DNA from: Erysipelothrix larvae
GTDB taxonomy: Bacteria; Bacillota_I; Bacilli_A; Erysipelotrichales; Erysipelotrichaceae
Direction: 5' to 3'
DNA length: 32,000 nucleotides
Assembly: GCF_001545095.1 (NCBI RefSeq)
Contig: NZ_CP013213.1
Coordinates: forward strand, 1,260,001-1,292,000
The notes beneath the pieces were generated by a model. The model was not told where the DNA came from, searched no databases, and saw only the letters and a list, made by a program, of their open reading frames with translations. Position numbers and translations under genes: made by a program. This document shows positions 17,933-28,226 of this stretch, piece after piece (within the stretch, counting starts at the first letter, position 1; each line of letters opens with the position of its first letter).

Positions 17933-19340
17933 CAGAGCCCTCCATCTCAAGCTTCATGAGTTGATTTAATTCGACTGCATATTCCATAGGTAACTCTCGG
18001 GTGAATGGTTCTAAAAATCCCATAATAATGGTTTCTGATGCTTGTTCTTCAGACAACCCACGACTCATCAAATAAAACAATTCATCTTCTGAAATTTTTG
18101 AAACACAGGCTTCATGTTCAACAATTGATGTTTTGTTTTCGACGCGATTAACAGGCATCGTATCACTTGCAGATATGTTATCCAAAATTAACGTATCGCA
18201 TTCAACTTTTGTTTTTGCATAATGGGCATCTTTATTGTGACTGACAATTCCACGATAATTAACAACACCTCCATTACGTGATACTGATTTAGAAATAATC
18301 GTGCTTTGTGTATACGGTGCTTGGTGGATCATTTTTGCTCCGGCATCTTGGATTTGTCCTTTGCCAGCAACTGCAATTGATATTGTCATACCTTTTGCGT
18401 ATTCACCCGCTAAAATACACGATGGATATTTCATAGTTGTATAAGCACCTATATTCCCATCAATCCATTCCATAATCCCATGTGCTTGTACTTTCGAACG
18501 TTTTGTGACTAAGTTAAAGACATTATTAGACCAATTTTGAATTGTGGTATAGCGACATTTAGCATGGTCATGAACAAAGATTTCAACAACCGCTGCATGC
18601 ATTGCATGTTTTGTATAGATTGGGGCAGTACATCCTTCTACATAGTGAACATCCGCACCCTCATCAACGATGATTAAGGTACGCTCAAATTGACCCATTG
18701 ATTCGCCATTAATTCTAAAATAAGATTGCAGTGGTTTATCAAGTTTTACACCTTTTGGTACATAGATAAAAGAACCACCAGACCAAACAGCGGTGTTGAG
18801 TGCTGCAAATTTGTTGTCATTATATGGTACAAGTGTCCCAAAGTACTTCTTTACAATTTCAGGATGTTCACGAAGTCCAGTATCCATGTCAAAAAACAAC
18901 ACACCTTTTGATTCTACTTCTTTTAGCATGCTGTGATACACAACTTCTGAATCATATTGAGTTGCAACACCGGATAAGAATTTTGCTTCTGCTTCAGGAA
19001 TTCCAAGTTTTTGAAAGGTATTTCGAATGGTCTCAGGGACATCTTCCCATTGTGTTTCAGCACGTTCAGATGCACGTAAATAATAGGTGTACTCATCAAA
19101 ATTAATATCATCCAAATTACTGCCCCATGATGGCATTGGTTTCTCCATAAACGCTTGGTAAGCTTTTAGTCGAATATCCAACATCCATTCTGGTTCATTT
19201 TTAATCCGTGATATTTCGCGTACTACCTTTTCACTCAGACCTTTATCAAATTCTACAATTGCCTCAATATCATCATGAAAACCATATTTATAATCTTCAC
19301 TGGGTAATCGTTCGATGTCTTTTGACATATCCTCAACCAT
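17925..19340 (-). CDS. sufB: Fe-S cluster assembly protein SufB
   Basis: About 471 aa with a typical SufB core ([13 protein letters not shown] and a C-terminal [18 protein letters not shown]). ATG 19340 follows GAGGATGGTGA and overlaps the sufU stop (ATGGTTGA). Confidence 0.93.
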   Translation of the reverse strand: MVEDMSKDIERLPSEDYKYGFHDDIEAIVEFDKGLSEKVVREISRIKNEPEWMLDIRLKAYQAFMEKPMPSWGSNLDDINFDEYTYYLRASERAETQWEDVPETIRNTFQKLGIPEAEAKFLSGVATQYDSEVVYHSMLKEVESKGVLFFDMDTGLREHPEIVKKYFGTLVPYNDNKFAALNTAVWSGGSFIYVPKGVKLDKPLQSYFRINGESMGQFERTLIIVDEGADVHYVEGCTAPIYTKHAMHAAVVEIFVHDHAKCRYTTIQNWSNNVFNLVTKRSKVQAHGIMEWIDGNIGAYTTMKYPSCILAGEYAKGMTISIAVAGKGQIQDAGAKMIHQAPYTQSTIISKSVSRNGGVVNYRGIVSHNKDAHYAKTKVECDTLILDNISASDTMPVNRVENKTSIVEHEACVSKISEDELFYLMSRGLSEEQASETIIMGFLEPFTRELPMEYAVELNQLMKLEMEGSVG

Positions 19341-19776
19341 TGTGATCACCATCCTCACTTAATATTTGCCCAACAGCACGCCATCCTAATGTTGCACATC
19401 CAATACGATTTGATTGTCTTCCAACATTTCTAAACACAATTGCTTCGTCAAGAAGGCCTTCATCATAGGGTTCAAGTTGCATCATTTTCATGTATTCATG
19501 CATAATTTTTAAAGCATCTTCTTTTTCTTTGCCCTTAATTAAATCAGTCATAATCGACGCTGCACTGGTTGCGATCGTACACGCATGACCTTCAAAACAA
19601 ACATCGATTACCCGATTGTTCTCAATTTTGACATACACAATGATATCGTCGATGCATGATTCACTTTCCATATGCTTATATGCATAATCCGAATCACCAT
19701 GATGTTTATTGTGTGGGTTTTCATAATGATCCATGATAATTTGCCGTGCAAATTGAGGATCTTTTAATAGACTCAT
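19333..19776 (-). CDS. sufU: SufU/IscU-type sulfur acceptor / scaffold protein
   Basis: 147 aa with the conserved Cys/Asp ligand pattern ([23 protein letters not shown]). RBS is AAGGAG. Confidence 0.85.
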   Translation of the reverse strand: MSLLKDPQFARQIIMDHYENPHNKHHGDSDYAYKHMESESCIDDIIVYVKIENNRVIDVCFEGHACTIATSAASIMTDLIKGKEKEDALKIMHEYMKMMQLEPYDEGLLDEAIVFRNVGRQSNRIGCATLGWRAVGQILSEDGDHNG

Positions 19777-19785
19777 AAAATCTCC

Positions 19786-21000
19786 TTAAACATAAAGTGA
19801 AACAACAGCTTCAAGGGAAATCGATTGAATGACTTCAAGAAACTTTCGCGCTTCATCCATTGTATTATAAAAATACAAAGATGCTCGAACACTGCTGTCT
19901 GTTTCAAATATTCCGCAGGTAAGTTTACTGCAATGACTTCCAGCACGCACACAGATATTGTGATGCCCTAGATAAGCTGCGACATCTTGTGGAAATATTC
20001 CTTCAATATTAAACATTACAATCCCTGTGTTTGATATAGGGTTATATACAGTAACATGATCCATTTTACTCAATTCATCCATAATATAGTGTTGCATCTC
20101 TATAACATGTTTCATCAGTACTTCTAGGTCCAAAGATTGGATAAACGATACGGCTTCTCCAAATCCAATGATTCCTTCAATATTTGGCGTTCCTGTCTCA
20201 AATTTCAACGGAACATCTTTTACAGTATACGATCCATCTTTATAATAGCGTGCGTTACTATCGCCCCCATAGAATAAGGGTTCTGTCGCATCAAGTAAGT
20301 GTTTTTTTCCATACAAGATACCAACACCTGTTGGTCCTGTCATTTTATGCGATGAGAACACCAAAAAATCTACATCACTTTTTGTGACATCGACCGGTAT
20401 ATGGCCCACTGATTGTGCCCCATCTATCACAAGAATTCCATGATTACGATGGACAATTCGAGCAATTTCGTCAATGTCATTCACATATCCCAATACATTG
20501 GATATATGCGCGAGTGATACGATTTTTACAGGTTTTGTTTGCATGATTTGATCTAAAGCATCCAAATCAAAGCTCAGATCATCATTGAGTGGAACATATG
20601 CAATGGTGCACTCACATTTCTTCGCTACATTAAACCATGGCAATACATTTGAGGCATGTTCAACTTCGCTTATTAAAATGACATCGTCCTTAACAAGGTG
20701 TGTCATACCATATCCTTGAGCGATAAGGTTTAAACTCTCACTGGTACCCGTTGTATAGACAACGCAATCTGGATCACAATGAATTAAATCCGCAACTTTT
20801 TGACGAACAGCATCATAATGTCTTGTTGCTTCAACAGCCGTTTTATAATCCCCACGATGGATATTGGAACTGAGGTTTACATAGTAGTTCATGACTGCAT
20901 CGATAACAGGTTGTGGTTTTAAAGTTGTTGCAGCATTATCAAAATATATCAGTTCAGGATGGTTTACTAAAAGCGGAAACTTTTGTCTTAAATCGTCCAT
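19786..21000 (-). CDS. sufS: Cysteine desulfurase SufS
   Basis: 404 aa. The PLP-lysine motif is FSSHKMTGPTGVGILYG and the catalytic Cys is in RAGSHCS. Confidence 0.92.
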   Translation of the reverse strand: MDDLRQKFPLLVNHPELIYFDNAATTLKPQPVIDAVMNYYVNLSSNIHRGDYKTAVEATRHYDAVRQKVADLIHCDPDCVVYTTGTSESLNLIAQGYGMTHLVKDDVILISEVEHASNVLPWFNVAKKCECTIAYVPLNDDLSFDLDALDQIMQTKPVKIVSLAHISNVLGYVNDIDEIARIVHRNHGILVIDGAQSVGHIPVDVTKSDVDFLVFSSHKMTGPTGVGILYGKKHLLDATEPLFYGGDSNARYYKDGSYTVKDVPLKFETGTPNIEGIIGFGEAVSFIQSLDLEVLMKHVIEMQHYIMDELSKMDHVTVYNPISNTGIVMFNIEGIFPQDVAAYLGHHNICVRAGSHCSKLTCGIFETDSSVRASLYFYNTMDEARKFLEVIQSISLEAVVSLYV

Positions 21001-21782
21001 TCTTGATCTACTTTCTGTTCGATTTCTTGGATTAAATATTCACGAATATCATCGTCTTCTACTTCATAAGCAATTGGAATTAAGTATCCCAAAACGATAA
21101 GTTTTAATGCATCGGGGCGTTTGATTCCTCGTGATTGCATGTAATAAATTTGATCCTCATCCGGTTGTCCCACAGACGCAGCATGAGAAGCTTCTACATC
21201 ATTTTCTTCAATGAGTAGTTTTGGATACACGACAGTCTTAAGTTTGTCTCCTAAGTTGAGCACGCGCGTTATTTGATGTGTTTTAGACCCATTGTTTCCA
21301 TTTGCAATATACCCAATCACTTCAAATTCTAAGGCACCATTTTCTAATACGATCCCATATGAATTCAAGTTTGCTTCGGTAAATTGCGCTTGGTGGTCCG
21401 CTTTCACAACCCATTTAATCGCATCAAAGGAGATGGTTGCACTTCTAAAGTCAAAGGTTGCATGCCGTCCAACAAAATGCGCCGTCGTTTCTTTTGAATG
21501 ATTCCCCATTGTTAGTTCAGCATAATTTGCTTTTACATGGGATCCTTCAAATAGGTTTACCGCTTCTTTAACTGTTAATGATCCATCGCTTTGATTAACC
21601 CAAAGATAGGTCCAGTCTGTATGTTCTTTTGCATTCAGAACAATGTCCAATTGGCCATCCCCTTTCACAAACAGAATCAAAGTACCTTTTGAATTGGCTT
21701 CGAGGGTTATTTCAGCTTTTGTTGTATCATTAACGGTAATTTCATGTCTGTGTGATCCACTCTTAAACACATATGGTTTCAC
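20988..21782 (-). CDS. sufD: SufD (compact 264-aa form)
   Basis: Lies between sufC and sufS. The C-terminal QPDEDQIYYMQSRGIKRPDALKLIVLGYL is typical of the SufB/SufD family. The GTG start overlaps the sufC stop (GTGA). Confidence 0.75.
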   Translation of the reverse strand: MKPYVFKSGSHRHEITVNDTTKAEITLEANSKGTLILFVKGDGQLDIVLNAKEHTDWTYLWVNQSDGSLTVKEAVNLFEGSHVKANYAELTMGNHSKETTAHFVGRHATFDFRSATISFDAIKWVVKADHQAQFTEANLNSYGIVLENGALEFEVIGYIANGNNGSKTHQITRVLNLGDKLKTVVYPKLLIEENDVEASHAASVGQPDEDQIYYMQSRGIKRPDALKLIVLGYLIPIAYEVEDDDIREYLIQEIEQKVDQEWTI

Positions 21783-22597
21783 TCAGATTCACCCACTTTT
21801 TCTCGAATTGCACATGCATCACCGATTGTAGGACGCGTCTGAACAACTTCATCAGCACGTTTTGCGTCAATCCAATCATAGCCTTCTTGGTCAATCTTAG
21901 TTACCAGCGTTTCATCTGAACTCAATACAATCTTACCATCCATCATAATATGGGTATGTGTAGGACGAATGAATTCAAAAAACCGTTCATAATGGGATAC
22001 AACAATCAATCCCATGTGTCGTTTTGCTTGTTCTTCTTTTAATACATCAGCAACAATGTGTAAGGCATCGATATCTAACCCTGAATCAATCTCATCAAGC
22101 ATTGCTATTGAAGGTTGTAACATTAAGAGTTGAAGAATCTCATTTCGTTTCTTTTCACCACCGCTAAATCCTTCATTTAAAAAACGATGGGCTAAATCTG
22201 ATTTCATTCTCAGTTTTTCAATGGATGACTCCATGGACTTTACAAACTCAAAAAGGCCCACAGGTGTTTCTCTACGGGCATTGATTGCGGATTTAAGAAA
22301 ATCAGCATTGGTAACGCCTGTTACTTCTTGTGGATATTGCATTCCTAAAAAAAGTCCTAATTTACTGCGTTCATCAACTTCAAGTTCTAAAACATTCACC
22401 CCATCATAAGTTACTTCCCCTTGAGTAACACTGTAGCGAGGATGTCCCATAATTGTGGACAGTAATGTTGATTTCCCATTACCATTTGGTCCCATAATCG
22501 CATGGATTTCCCCATCATTGATTTCTAATGAAACCCCCTTTAGAATCTCTTTATCGTCAATTGATACGTGCAAATCTTTAATCACTAATTTACTCAC
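21779..22597 (-). CDS. sufC: Fe-S assembly ATPase SufC
   Basis: Walker A GPNGNGKST, ABC signature FSGGEKKR and Walker B MLDEIDSGLD. GTG start lies after AAAGGGTG. Confidence 0.95.
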   Translation of the reverse strand: MSKLVIKDLHVSIDDKEILKGVSLEINDGEIHAIMGPNGNGKSTLLSTIMGHPRYSVTQGEVTYDGVNVLELEVDERSKLGLFLGMQYPQEVTGVTNADFLKSAINARRETPVGLFEFVKSMESSIEKLRMKSDLAHRFLNEGFSGGEKKRNEILQLLMLQPSIAMLDEIDSGLDIDALHIVADVLKEEQAKRHMGLIVVSHYERFFEFIRPTHTHIMMDGKIVLSSDETLVTKIDQEGYDWIDAKRADEVVQTRPTIGDACAIREKVGESE

Positions 22598-22732
22598 GCA
22601 CGAATCACACCCTTTCTAATCCAATTTATTATAACACAGGTTCTTATTTTAATGTCAGATGCAGATGTTTACTTTCTCACAATTGGTAAATTTATTTTAT
22701 TTTTATTTCACACACCATCATCACGTAAAACA

Positions 22733-22761
22733 TTGCATTAAGCCTATAAATACACTATAAT
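22733..22761 (+). promoter_or_regulatory. SigA-type promoter of the prsA-like pair
   Basis: TTGCAT (22733-22738), a 17-nt spacer, then TATAAT (22756-22761). AAGGAGG follows upstream of ATG 22785. Confidence 0.65.
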
Positions 22762-22784
22762 ATATAAGCCTTAAGGAGGTTCAT

Positions 22785-23759
22785 ATGCTCGAAAATATTA
22801 AAAAGAATTGGTTTGTTGTTCTCGTAGCAGTTGCATTAGTCGTAGTTATCGGCTCATACGGAGTTACACAAATTCAATCAGTATTTAAAGGAAAGACAGT
22901 GGATGGAAAACAAGTTGTGTTTGAAATCGCTGGAACAGATATATTTGCGGATGAGTACTTCGATATGCTTGATGAATCACGTGGTGATGCTGAACTCTTT
23001 AGACTCTTTAAGCGTCAAATGCTTTCATCTTTAGAAACTACAGATGAAATTGCTGCAGATGCTAAGAAACAAGCAGAATCATACATTCAACAAATATCCG
23101 CTTCAAATGGTCAAGCTGGTCTTGACAGTTTAGACCAATGGCTCATCTCTCAAGGATATGCAGGACTTGATGACCTTGCAACCTACTTCGAAGATGCAGC
23201 AAAACAAGACATAATTATTAAAGATTACTTTGTCGCAAACTTTGATTCAATCTTCAAAGAATCATTTGAAACAAACAAACCCCGTCTTGTAAGTCATATT
23301 TTGATAAAAATGACCGATCCAGCAAATCCTACTGAAGAAGAACAAGCGAAGATGGATGAAGTCGATAAGTTACTGGCCGAAGGAAAAGACTTTGGTGAAG
23401 TAGCCCTAGATAAATCAGACGATACATCTTCAGCAGCTCAATCTGGTAGCATTGGTGTTGTTGACAAAAACAGTTCACTTGTAACTGAATTCTTAGATGC
23501 TATGTTAGAACTCAATGAAGGTGAAGTATCCGGTTGGGTACAAACAACTTATGGTCGTCATCTCATTTATGTCGTTTCAACTGACTTTAAAACTTTATTA
23601 GACAACAGTGATTATTTCTCATCACTTATTCAATCATACAGTACTGAAGCTGCTCAGGCACTTTGGGACAAAGCAGAAACCTTGACCATTGAATGGCATG
23701 ATGAAACTGTTAAATCACGCATTCAAAAATACCTTGGTCTAGAAAGTGAGGGAGAATAA
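22785..23759 (+). CDS. Membrane-anchored parvulin-type peptidyl-prolyl isomerase (PrsA/SurA-like foldase)
   Basis: N-terminal TM anchor (WFVVLVAVALVVVIGSYG). The parvulin domain has VSHILIK, GKDFGEVALDKSDD and TTYGRHLIYV. Confidence 0.8.
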   Translation: MLENIKKNWFVVLVAVALVVVIGSYGVTQIQSVFKGKTVDGKQVVFEIAGTDIFADEYFDMLDESRGDAELFRLFKRQMLSSLETTDEIAADAKKQAESYIQQISASNGQAGLDSLDQWLISQGYAGLDDLATYFEDAAKQDIIIKDYFVANFDSIFKESFETNKPRLVSHILIKMTDPANPTEEEQAKMDEVDKLLAEGKDFGEVALDKSDDTSSAAQSGSIGVVDKNSSLVTEFLDAMLELNEGEVSGWVQTTYGRHLIYVVSTDFKTLLDNSDYFSSLIQSYSTEAAQALWDKAETLTIEWHDETVKSRIQKYLGLESEGE

Positions 23760-23760
23760 T

Positions 23761-24633
23761 ATGTTTAAACGATTATTAGTATTGTGTGTTGCGACACTTG
23801 TTTTAGTTGGATGTGGCTCGGATGCACGCATTACCTCACCGCGTAGTGAAAAACTCTTTACTATTGAAGGATCAACGGTTACAGAACAAGATTTATTTAA
23901 TGTCATGACATTTAACGATGCGGGTGCAGTCATCTTATCACATGCACAACAAGTGGTACTTGATAAACTCGTACCAAATGATGATGCATTTAAAGAAGCA
24001 GTTCAAAAACAACTTGAAGAAACTAAAGAAGGCTATGGTACACTATGGGAAACAATCCTGAATTACTATGGATTCGAATCTGATGAAGAATATGCTGAAA
24101 ATGTAATTGCACCATCACTTCAATTAAACAAAGCCCTCACAAATGTGATGACTGAAGATTTTGATAACATGGTAAAAGACCTTTATGTTCGTAAAGCTGC
24201 GGTTCTTGAAGTATCTAAAGAAGATGCTGCTACTGCTTTAAAAGCACTTGACGAAGGAACTTCATGGGCTGATGTTGCGAAAGAATTCGTATTAGATAAT
24301 TCATCGTATACTGGTACTGCAACAATCTACCACAAAGATTCATCAACATCTGTAATTGACACAACAGCACTTTCATACATTATCAGTGCTAAAGAAAATG
24401 GAATCAGCGAAGCAATTGATATTCCGAATAACTCAACGTCACAATACATTATTAATGTAATTGAAGTAGATACTGCTGCAATCAAGGATGAAATTATTGC
24501 TTCATTCGCAACGGACTCAACATTCCAAACAAAATACATTTCAAAATTATTACGAGACAATGGATTCAAGGTTTTTGATAAAGACCTCTACGATGCAATC
24601 ATCGCAGATTATCCAGATGCACTTGCTAACTAA
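23761..24633 (+). CDS. PrsA-like lipoprotein with degenerate parvulin domain
   Basis: MFKRLLVLCVATLVLVGC carries the lipobox. ATG 23761 lies 6 nt after GAGGGAG; the track start is GTG 23746. The central region resembles parvulin, but both conserved His positions are replaced (AAVLEV and SQYIINV). Confidence 0.6.
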   Translation: MFKRLLVLCVATLVLVGCGSDARITSPRSEKLFTIEGSTVTEQDLFNVMTFNDAGAVILSHAQQVVLDKLVPNDDAFKEAVQKQLEETKEGYGTLWETILNYYGFESDEEYAENVIAPSLQLNKALTNVMTEDFDNMVKDLYVRKAAVLEVSKEDAATALKALDEGTSWADVAKEFVLDNSSYTGTATIYHKDSSTSVIDTTALSYIISAKENGISEAIDIPNNSTSQYIINVIEVDTAAIKDEIIASFATDSTFQTKYISKLLRDNGFKVFDKDLYDAIIADYPDALAN

Positions 24634-24657
24634 GACTGCTTATGCAGTCTTTTTTTA
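24633..24657 (+). terminator. Intrinsic terminator
   Basis: Hairpin agactgc-ttat-gcagtct followed by T7. Confidence 0.7.
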
Positions 24658-24716
24658 CATGGCTTACACGCATTGGTTTTATTTCATGATATAATCATAC
24701 AAAAGGAGATGAATCG

Positions 24717-25118
24717 ATGAGCACACTATTTAACCGTATTATTAACCGAGAAACTCCCGCTTATATTATTTATGAAGATGATAAGGTCATTGCATTTTTA
24801 GATATCGGCCAAAACACCAAAGGTCACACACTGGTTGTACCAAAAGTAATCACAGAATCTGTGCTAACTGCAGATGAAGATACAATCGCATATGTTAATA
24901 TCATCGCACAACGACTTGCACTTAAACTAAGCGATGTTTTAAAGGCTTCTGGAGTGAATATATTAACGAATGCAAACCCTGTGTCAGGGCAAACTGTTCC
25001 GCACTACCACGTTCATGTAATCCCTCGTTATACTGAAGATGAGTTGAAGTTTTTAGTATCCAGTAATAGTGACACGATAGAAGAGACCTTTACATTTCTT
25101 AAAGATCATCTTGGGTAA
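24717..25118 (+). CDS. HIT (histidine triad) family nucleotide hydrolase
   Basis: 133 aa with HTLVVPK and the triad HYHVHVIPR. RBS is AAAGGAG. Confidence 0.9.
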   Translation: MSTLFNRIINRETPAYIIYEDDKVIAFLDIGQNTKGHTLVVPKVITESVLTADEDTIAYVNIIAQRLALKLSDVLKASGVNILTNANPVSGQTVPHYHVHVIPRYTEDELKFLVSSNSDTIEETFTFLKDHLG

Positions 25119-25160
25119 GTATAAACTGTCTCAATATCACCTAATTTACAAACAAAATTT

Positions 25161-25207
25161 AAAGCACCCTGAATGTTATCCTTAACAATTCGAGGTGCTT
25201 TTTTTAA
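25161..25207 (+). terminator. Terminator after the HIT gene
   Basis: Imperfect stem aaagcaccctgaa ... ttcgaggtgcttt followed by T7. Confidence 0.55.
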
Positions 25208-25340
25208 AACGCTATTTGACTTTAACTCCCCTATCTGATCTATCTTAAGTAGTAATCTTTTATTTGTGAGTTAATATCCAATCTAACTACTACAGACAAA
25301 ATTCCAATCGTTTTGAGCATATGCCCATGGTCTCAAATAT

Positions 25341-25366
25341 TATAAAAGGTTGCACGAATGCAACCT
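25341..25366 (-). terminator. pnp terminator
   Basis: 8-bp stem aggttgca-cgaa-tgcaacct, followed by TTTTAT on the minus strand. Confidence 0.65.
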
Positions 25367-25372
25367 CATATT

Positions 25373-27511
25373 TTAGGATTCTTTTGTTTCAGTCTTAGGT
25401 TTAGCTTCTGGTTTTGGTAATAAGGCTTTACGCGATACATTCACACGTCCCTTATCATCAATTTCAGTTACTTTAACCTTCACAATGTCACCAAGTTTAA
25501 GCACATCTTCGATCTTTTCAATACGCTCATGGCTGTATTTTGAGATATGAAGTAAAGCATCGGTTCCTTTGAACAGTTCAACAAATGCGCCAAACTTCTC
25601 AACACGGACAACTTTAGCATCATAGATTTCTCCAACTTTAGCTTCACGTACGATGTTTTCAATCATTGCTTTTGCACGATCAATCATTGCTTGGCTTGTG
25701 TGATAAATTACAACACGTCCATCATCTTCAATGTCAATCTTAACATCTTCACATTGTTCAATGATTTGGTTAATAATCTTACCGCCTGTACCAATAACAT
25801 CACGAATTTTATCAACTTCAATCTTAAGTTGTGCAATCTTAGGTGCATACTCACCCACGTTTGGACGTGGTGCAGGAATACAAGCAACGAGAACATCCAT
25901 AATTTCCTTGCGTGCTTTATGCGCTTGTTCAAGTGCTTCTTTTAAGATTTCACGAGTGAGCCCTTCAATTTTAATGTCCATTTGAAGTGCAGTGATTCCG
26001 TTATCGGTTCCCGCAACTTTAAAGTCCATATCACCAAAGTGATCTTCCATCCCTTGGATATCAGACAATACTGTATAGTGATCATCATAAGTTACAAGAC
26101 CCATTGCAATCCCACTCACTGGAGCTTTAATTGGAACCCCAGCTGCCATCAATGCCATTGATCCAGCACAGATACTTGCTTGTGAAGATGAACCATTAGA
26201 TTCAAGAACTTCAGCAACAAGACGAATTGCATAAGGGAATTCTTCGACAGTTGGAAGTACATAGCTAAGTGCTCTTTCACCTAAAGCTCCATGTCCAATT
26301 TCACGACGTCCAGGAGCTCCCATACGGCCTGTTTCACCAACTGAATAAGGTGGGAAATTATAATGATGCATGAAGCGTTTTGATTCAACTTCAGTTAAGT
26401 CATCAATAATTTGAGTATCACCCATAGCACCTAAAGTACAAATAGATAATACTTGTGTTTCACCACGTGTAAACAGTGCACTACCATGAACACGTTTAAG
26501 CAAATCAATTTGAGCGTCAAGTGGACGGATTTCATCAATCTTACGACCATCTGGACGAATCTTATCTATAGAGATTAAACGACGTACTTCATCTGCAACA
26601 ATACCATGCGTTACTTCGCGTACATATTTTAAGGTCTTATCTTTAAGTTTATCTGACTCATATTCTTTAGCAGCAAAGTGTTCTTGTGCTTTATCTTCAT
26701 ACTCGTCAATTGTATTATAACGTTCAAGTTTGCCTTCAATGGATACCGCTGCGCGTAGATCTTTACCAACAAGTGCTTCAACTTCTTCTTTGATTTCTGT
26801 TGGAACTTCATAAAGATCGATTTGCATCTTCTCTTTACCACATTCTTTTGCGATTTCAATTTGGAAGTCACAAAGCTTCTTGATAAACTCATGACCAAAC
26901 ATCATTGCTTCAAGGAATTGTTCCTCTGAAACTTCATCAGCACCCGCTTCAACCATGTTGATGGCATCTTTTGTACCGGCTACAACTAAATGCATTCTTG
27001 ATTTTTCAAGTTCATCGGCACTTGGATTGATTACAAATTCATCATCAATCATTCCTACAGTTACACCTGCAATTGGTCCATTGAATGGAATATCAGATAC
27101 ACACAGTGCGAGTGAAGCACCAAACATACCTGCCATATCTGGAGAGTAGTCACGATCTACAGATAATACTGTATTTACAACTTGCACTTCATTTCTAAAC
27201 CCTTCTGCAAACAGGGGTCTAATGGTACGGTCAATCAAGCGTGATGTTAATGTTGCATGCTCGCTTGGTCTTCCTTCTCTTCTTAAAAATCCTCCAGGGA
27301 TTTTACCTACTGAATATAATTTCTCTTCAAACGTTACAGTTAACGGAAAGAAATCAATATCTTTTGCTTTTTTACTTGCGGTTGCTGCTGAGAGCACTGT
27401 TGTGTCTTCATAGCGTACTAAAACTGATCCACCGGCTTGCTTTGCAATTTCGCCTGTTTCAACAGTTAGTGTATTTCCGCAAAAATCTAAAGTAAACACT
27501 TTCTTTGACAT
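25373..27511 (-). CDS. pnp: Polyribonucleotide nucleotidyltransferase (PNPase)
   Basis: 712 aa with two RNase PH domains plus KH ([15 protein letters not shown]) and S1 ([21 protein letters not shown]) domains. RBS is GAGGTGA. Confidence 0.97.
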   Translation of the reverse strand: MSKKVFTLDFCGNTLTVETGEIAKQAGGSVLVRYEDTTVLSAATASKKAKDIDFFPLTVTFEEKLYSVGKIPGGFLRREGRPSEHATLTSRLIDRTIRPLFAEGFRNEVQVVNTVLSVDRDYSPDMAGMFGASLALCVSDIPFNGPIAGVTVGMIDDEFVINPSADELEKSRMHLVVAGTKDAINMVEAGADEVSEEQFLEAMMFGHEFIKKLCDFQIEIAKECGKEKMQIDLYEVPTEIKEEVEALVGKDLRAAVSIEGKLERYNTIDEYEDKAQEHFAAKEYESDKLKDKTLKYVREVTHGIVADEVRRLISIDKIRPDGRKIDEIRPLDAQIDLLKRVHGSALFTRGETQVLSICTLGAMGDTQIIDDLTEVESKRFMHHYNFPPYSVGETGRMGAPGRREIGHGALGERALSYVLPTVEEFPYAIRLVAEVLESNGSSSQASICAGSMALMAAGVPIKAPVSGIAMGLVTYDDHYTVLSDIQGMEDHFGDMDFKVAGTDNGITALQMDIKIEGLTREILKEALEQAHKARKEIMDVLVACIPAPRPNVGEYAPKIAQLKIEVDKIRDVIGTGGKIINQIIEQCEDVKIDIEDDGRVVIYHTSQAMIDRAKAMIENIVREAKVGEIYDAKVVRVEKFGAFVELFKGTDALLHISKYSHERIEKIEDVLKLGDIVKVKVTEIDDKGRVNVSRKALLPKPEAKPKTETKES

Positions 27512-27568
27512 GTTTTCACCTCTATACTATCCTTTATATTCTATCATAATTCTGTTTACAATCATACA

Positions 27569-27592
27569 TAAAAAAAGGAGCTAAGCTCCCTT
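27569..27592 (-). terminator. rpsO terminator / rpsO-pnp intergenic hairpin
   Basis: On the minus strand, gggagc-tta-gctcct followed by T7. Confidence 0.6.
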
Positions 27593-27595
27593 TCA

Positions 27596-27862
27596 CTATT
27601 TTCTTAATCCTAAACGAGTAATTAGTTCGCGGTAACGGTTAATATCTTCATTACGTAGATATGTTAATAGGCTACGACGACGACCAACTTTTTTAAGAAG
27701 TCCACGGTTTGAGTGGAAATCTTTCTTGTGTTCTTTCATGTGTTCAGTCAAGCGATTGATTTCAGCTGTTAAAACAGCAACTTGAACTTCAACAGAACCT
27801 GTATCGTTTGCATCACGTTGGTAATCCTTAATGATTGCAGCTTTTTCTTGTTTTGTTAACAT
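27596..27862 (-). CDS. rpsO: 30S ribosomal protein S15
   Basis: 88 aa with [51 protein letters not shown] is AAAGGTGAGG. Confidence 0.97.
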   Translation of the reverse strand: MLTKQEKAAIIKDYQRDANDTGSVEVQVAVLTAEINRLTEHMKEHKKDFHSNRGLLKKVGRRRSLLTYLRNEDINRYRELITRLGLRK

Positions 27863-28112
27863 TGTAGTTTCCTCACCTTTCTATAGTCCTTAATAACCGA
27901 GTATAAAGATTGAGGAATCCATAAACCCAGTCACAAAGCATTAGTATAATATCACATCTGTCAATCGATAGCAAGGTAAGACCTTAAAAAAACGTTTTTT
28001 TCGCTTATCATCTTTCTCATATCACCATGCTTCTTGAAGCGTTTTATTATCATGATATAGTTGCAATTTATTGAATGAATGACATCAGATCTTGCATTGA
28101 AGCAAGTTTAAC

Positions 28113-28226
28113 TTAAGTTTCATCATTAATGGGTACATTATTCACTAAGATATAAAGTTTTCCATACTGTTCATGAGCTTCTTGTTTCAAGAATTCAACT
28201 GTTTTTGGCCATTTATTGAATCTGAG
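28113..28226 (-). pseudogene. Possible short-chain dehydrogenase (SDR) gene stub
   Basis: A 37-codon open stretch reads ...FLKQEAHEQYGKLYILVNNVPINDET*. It resembles the SDR segment fGklDiLVNNAGi but is truncated on both sides and has no start or RBS. Confidence 0.25.

Noticed and set aside
22621-22638. PerR/Fur-like box (TTATAATAAATT) overlapping the suf promoter -10.
   Set aside because: Only half of the TTATAATnATTATAA consensus is matched, and the match coincides with an ordinary extended -10 (TGtTATAAT). That is insufficient to call an operator.
25691-25985. A cluster of overlapping ORFs (25691-25945 +, 25731-25985 +, 25708-25932 -) and similar ones at 26629-26898, 26955-27149, 27222-27413 and 27241-27495.
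   Set aside because: All are embedded in the pnp gene in alternative frames or antisense. They have no RBS and skewed compositions (Leu/Ser/Ile/Asn-rich) typical of off-frame readings. The same reasoning applies to the other short in-gene ORFs in the track: 1306-1551, 2212-2412, 4732-5128, 5941-6123, 7454-7684, 8142-8585, 9354-9716, 13400-13606, 15567-15884, 16401-17044, 17675-17878, 18726-19111, 20184-20387, 20891-21100, 21292-21831, 22221-22409, 23739-23933, 24327-24694, 29698-29925 and 31298-31935.
27986-28001. Perfect palindrome AAAAAAACGTTTTTTT upstream of rpsO.
   Set aside because: It cannot form a meaningful hairpin because there is no loop and it is A/T only. It is most simply an A/T tract at the junction of the core genome and the islet, possibly promoter-distal curvature. 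There is no further support.
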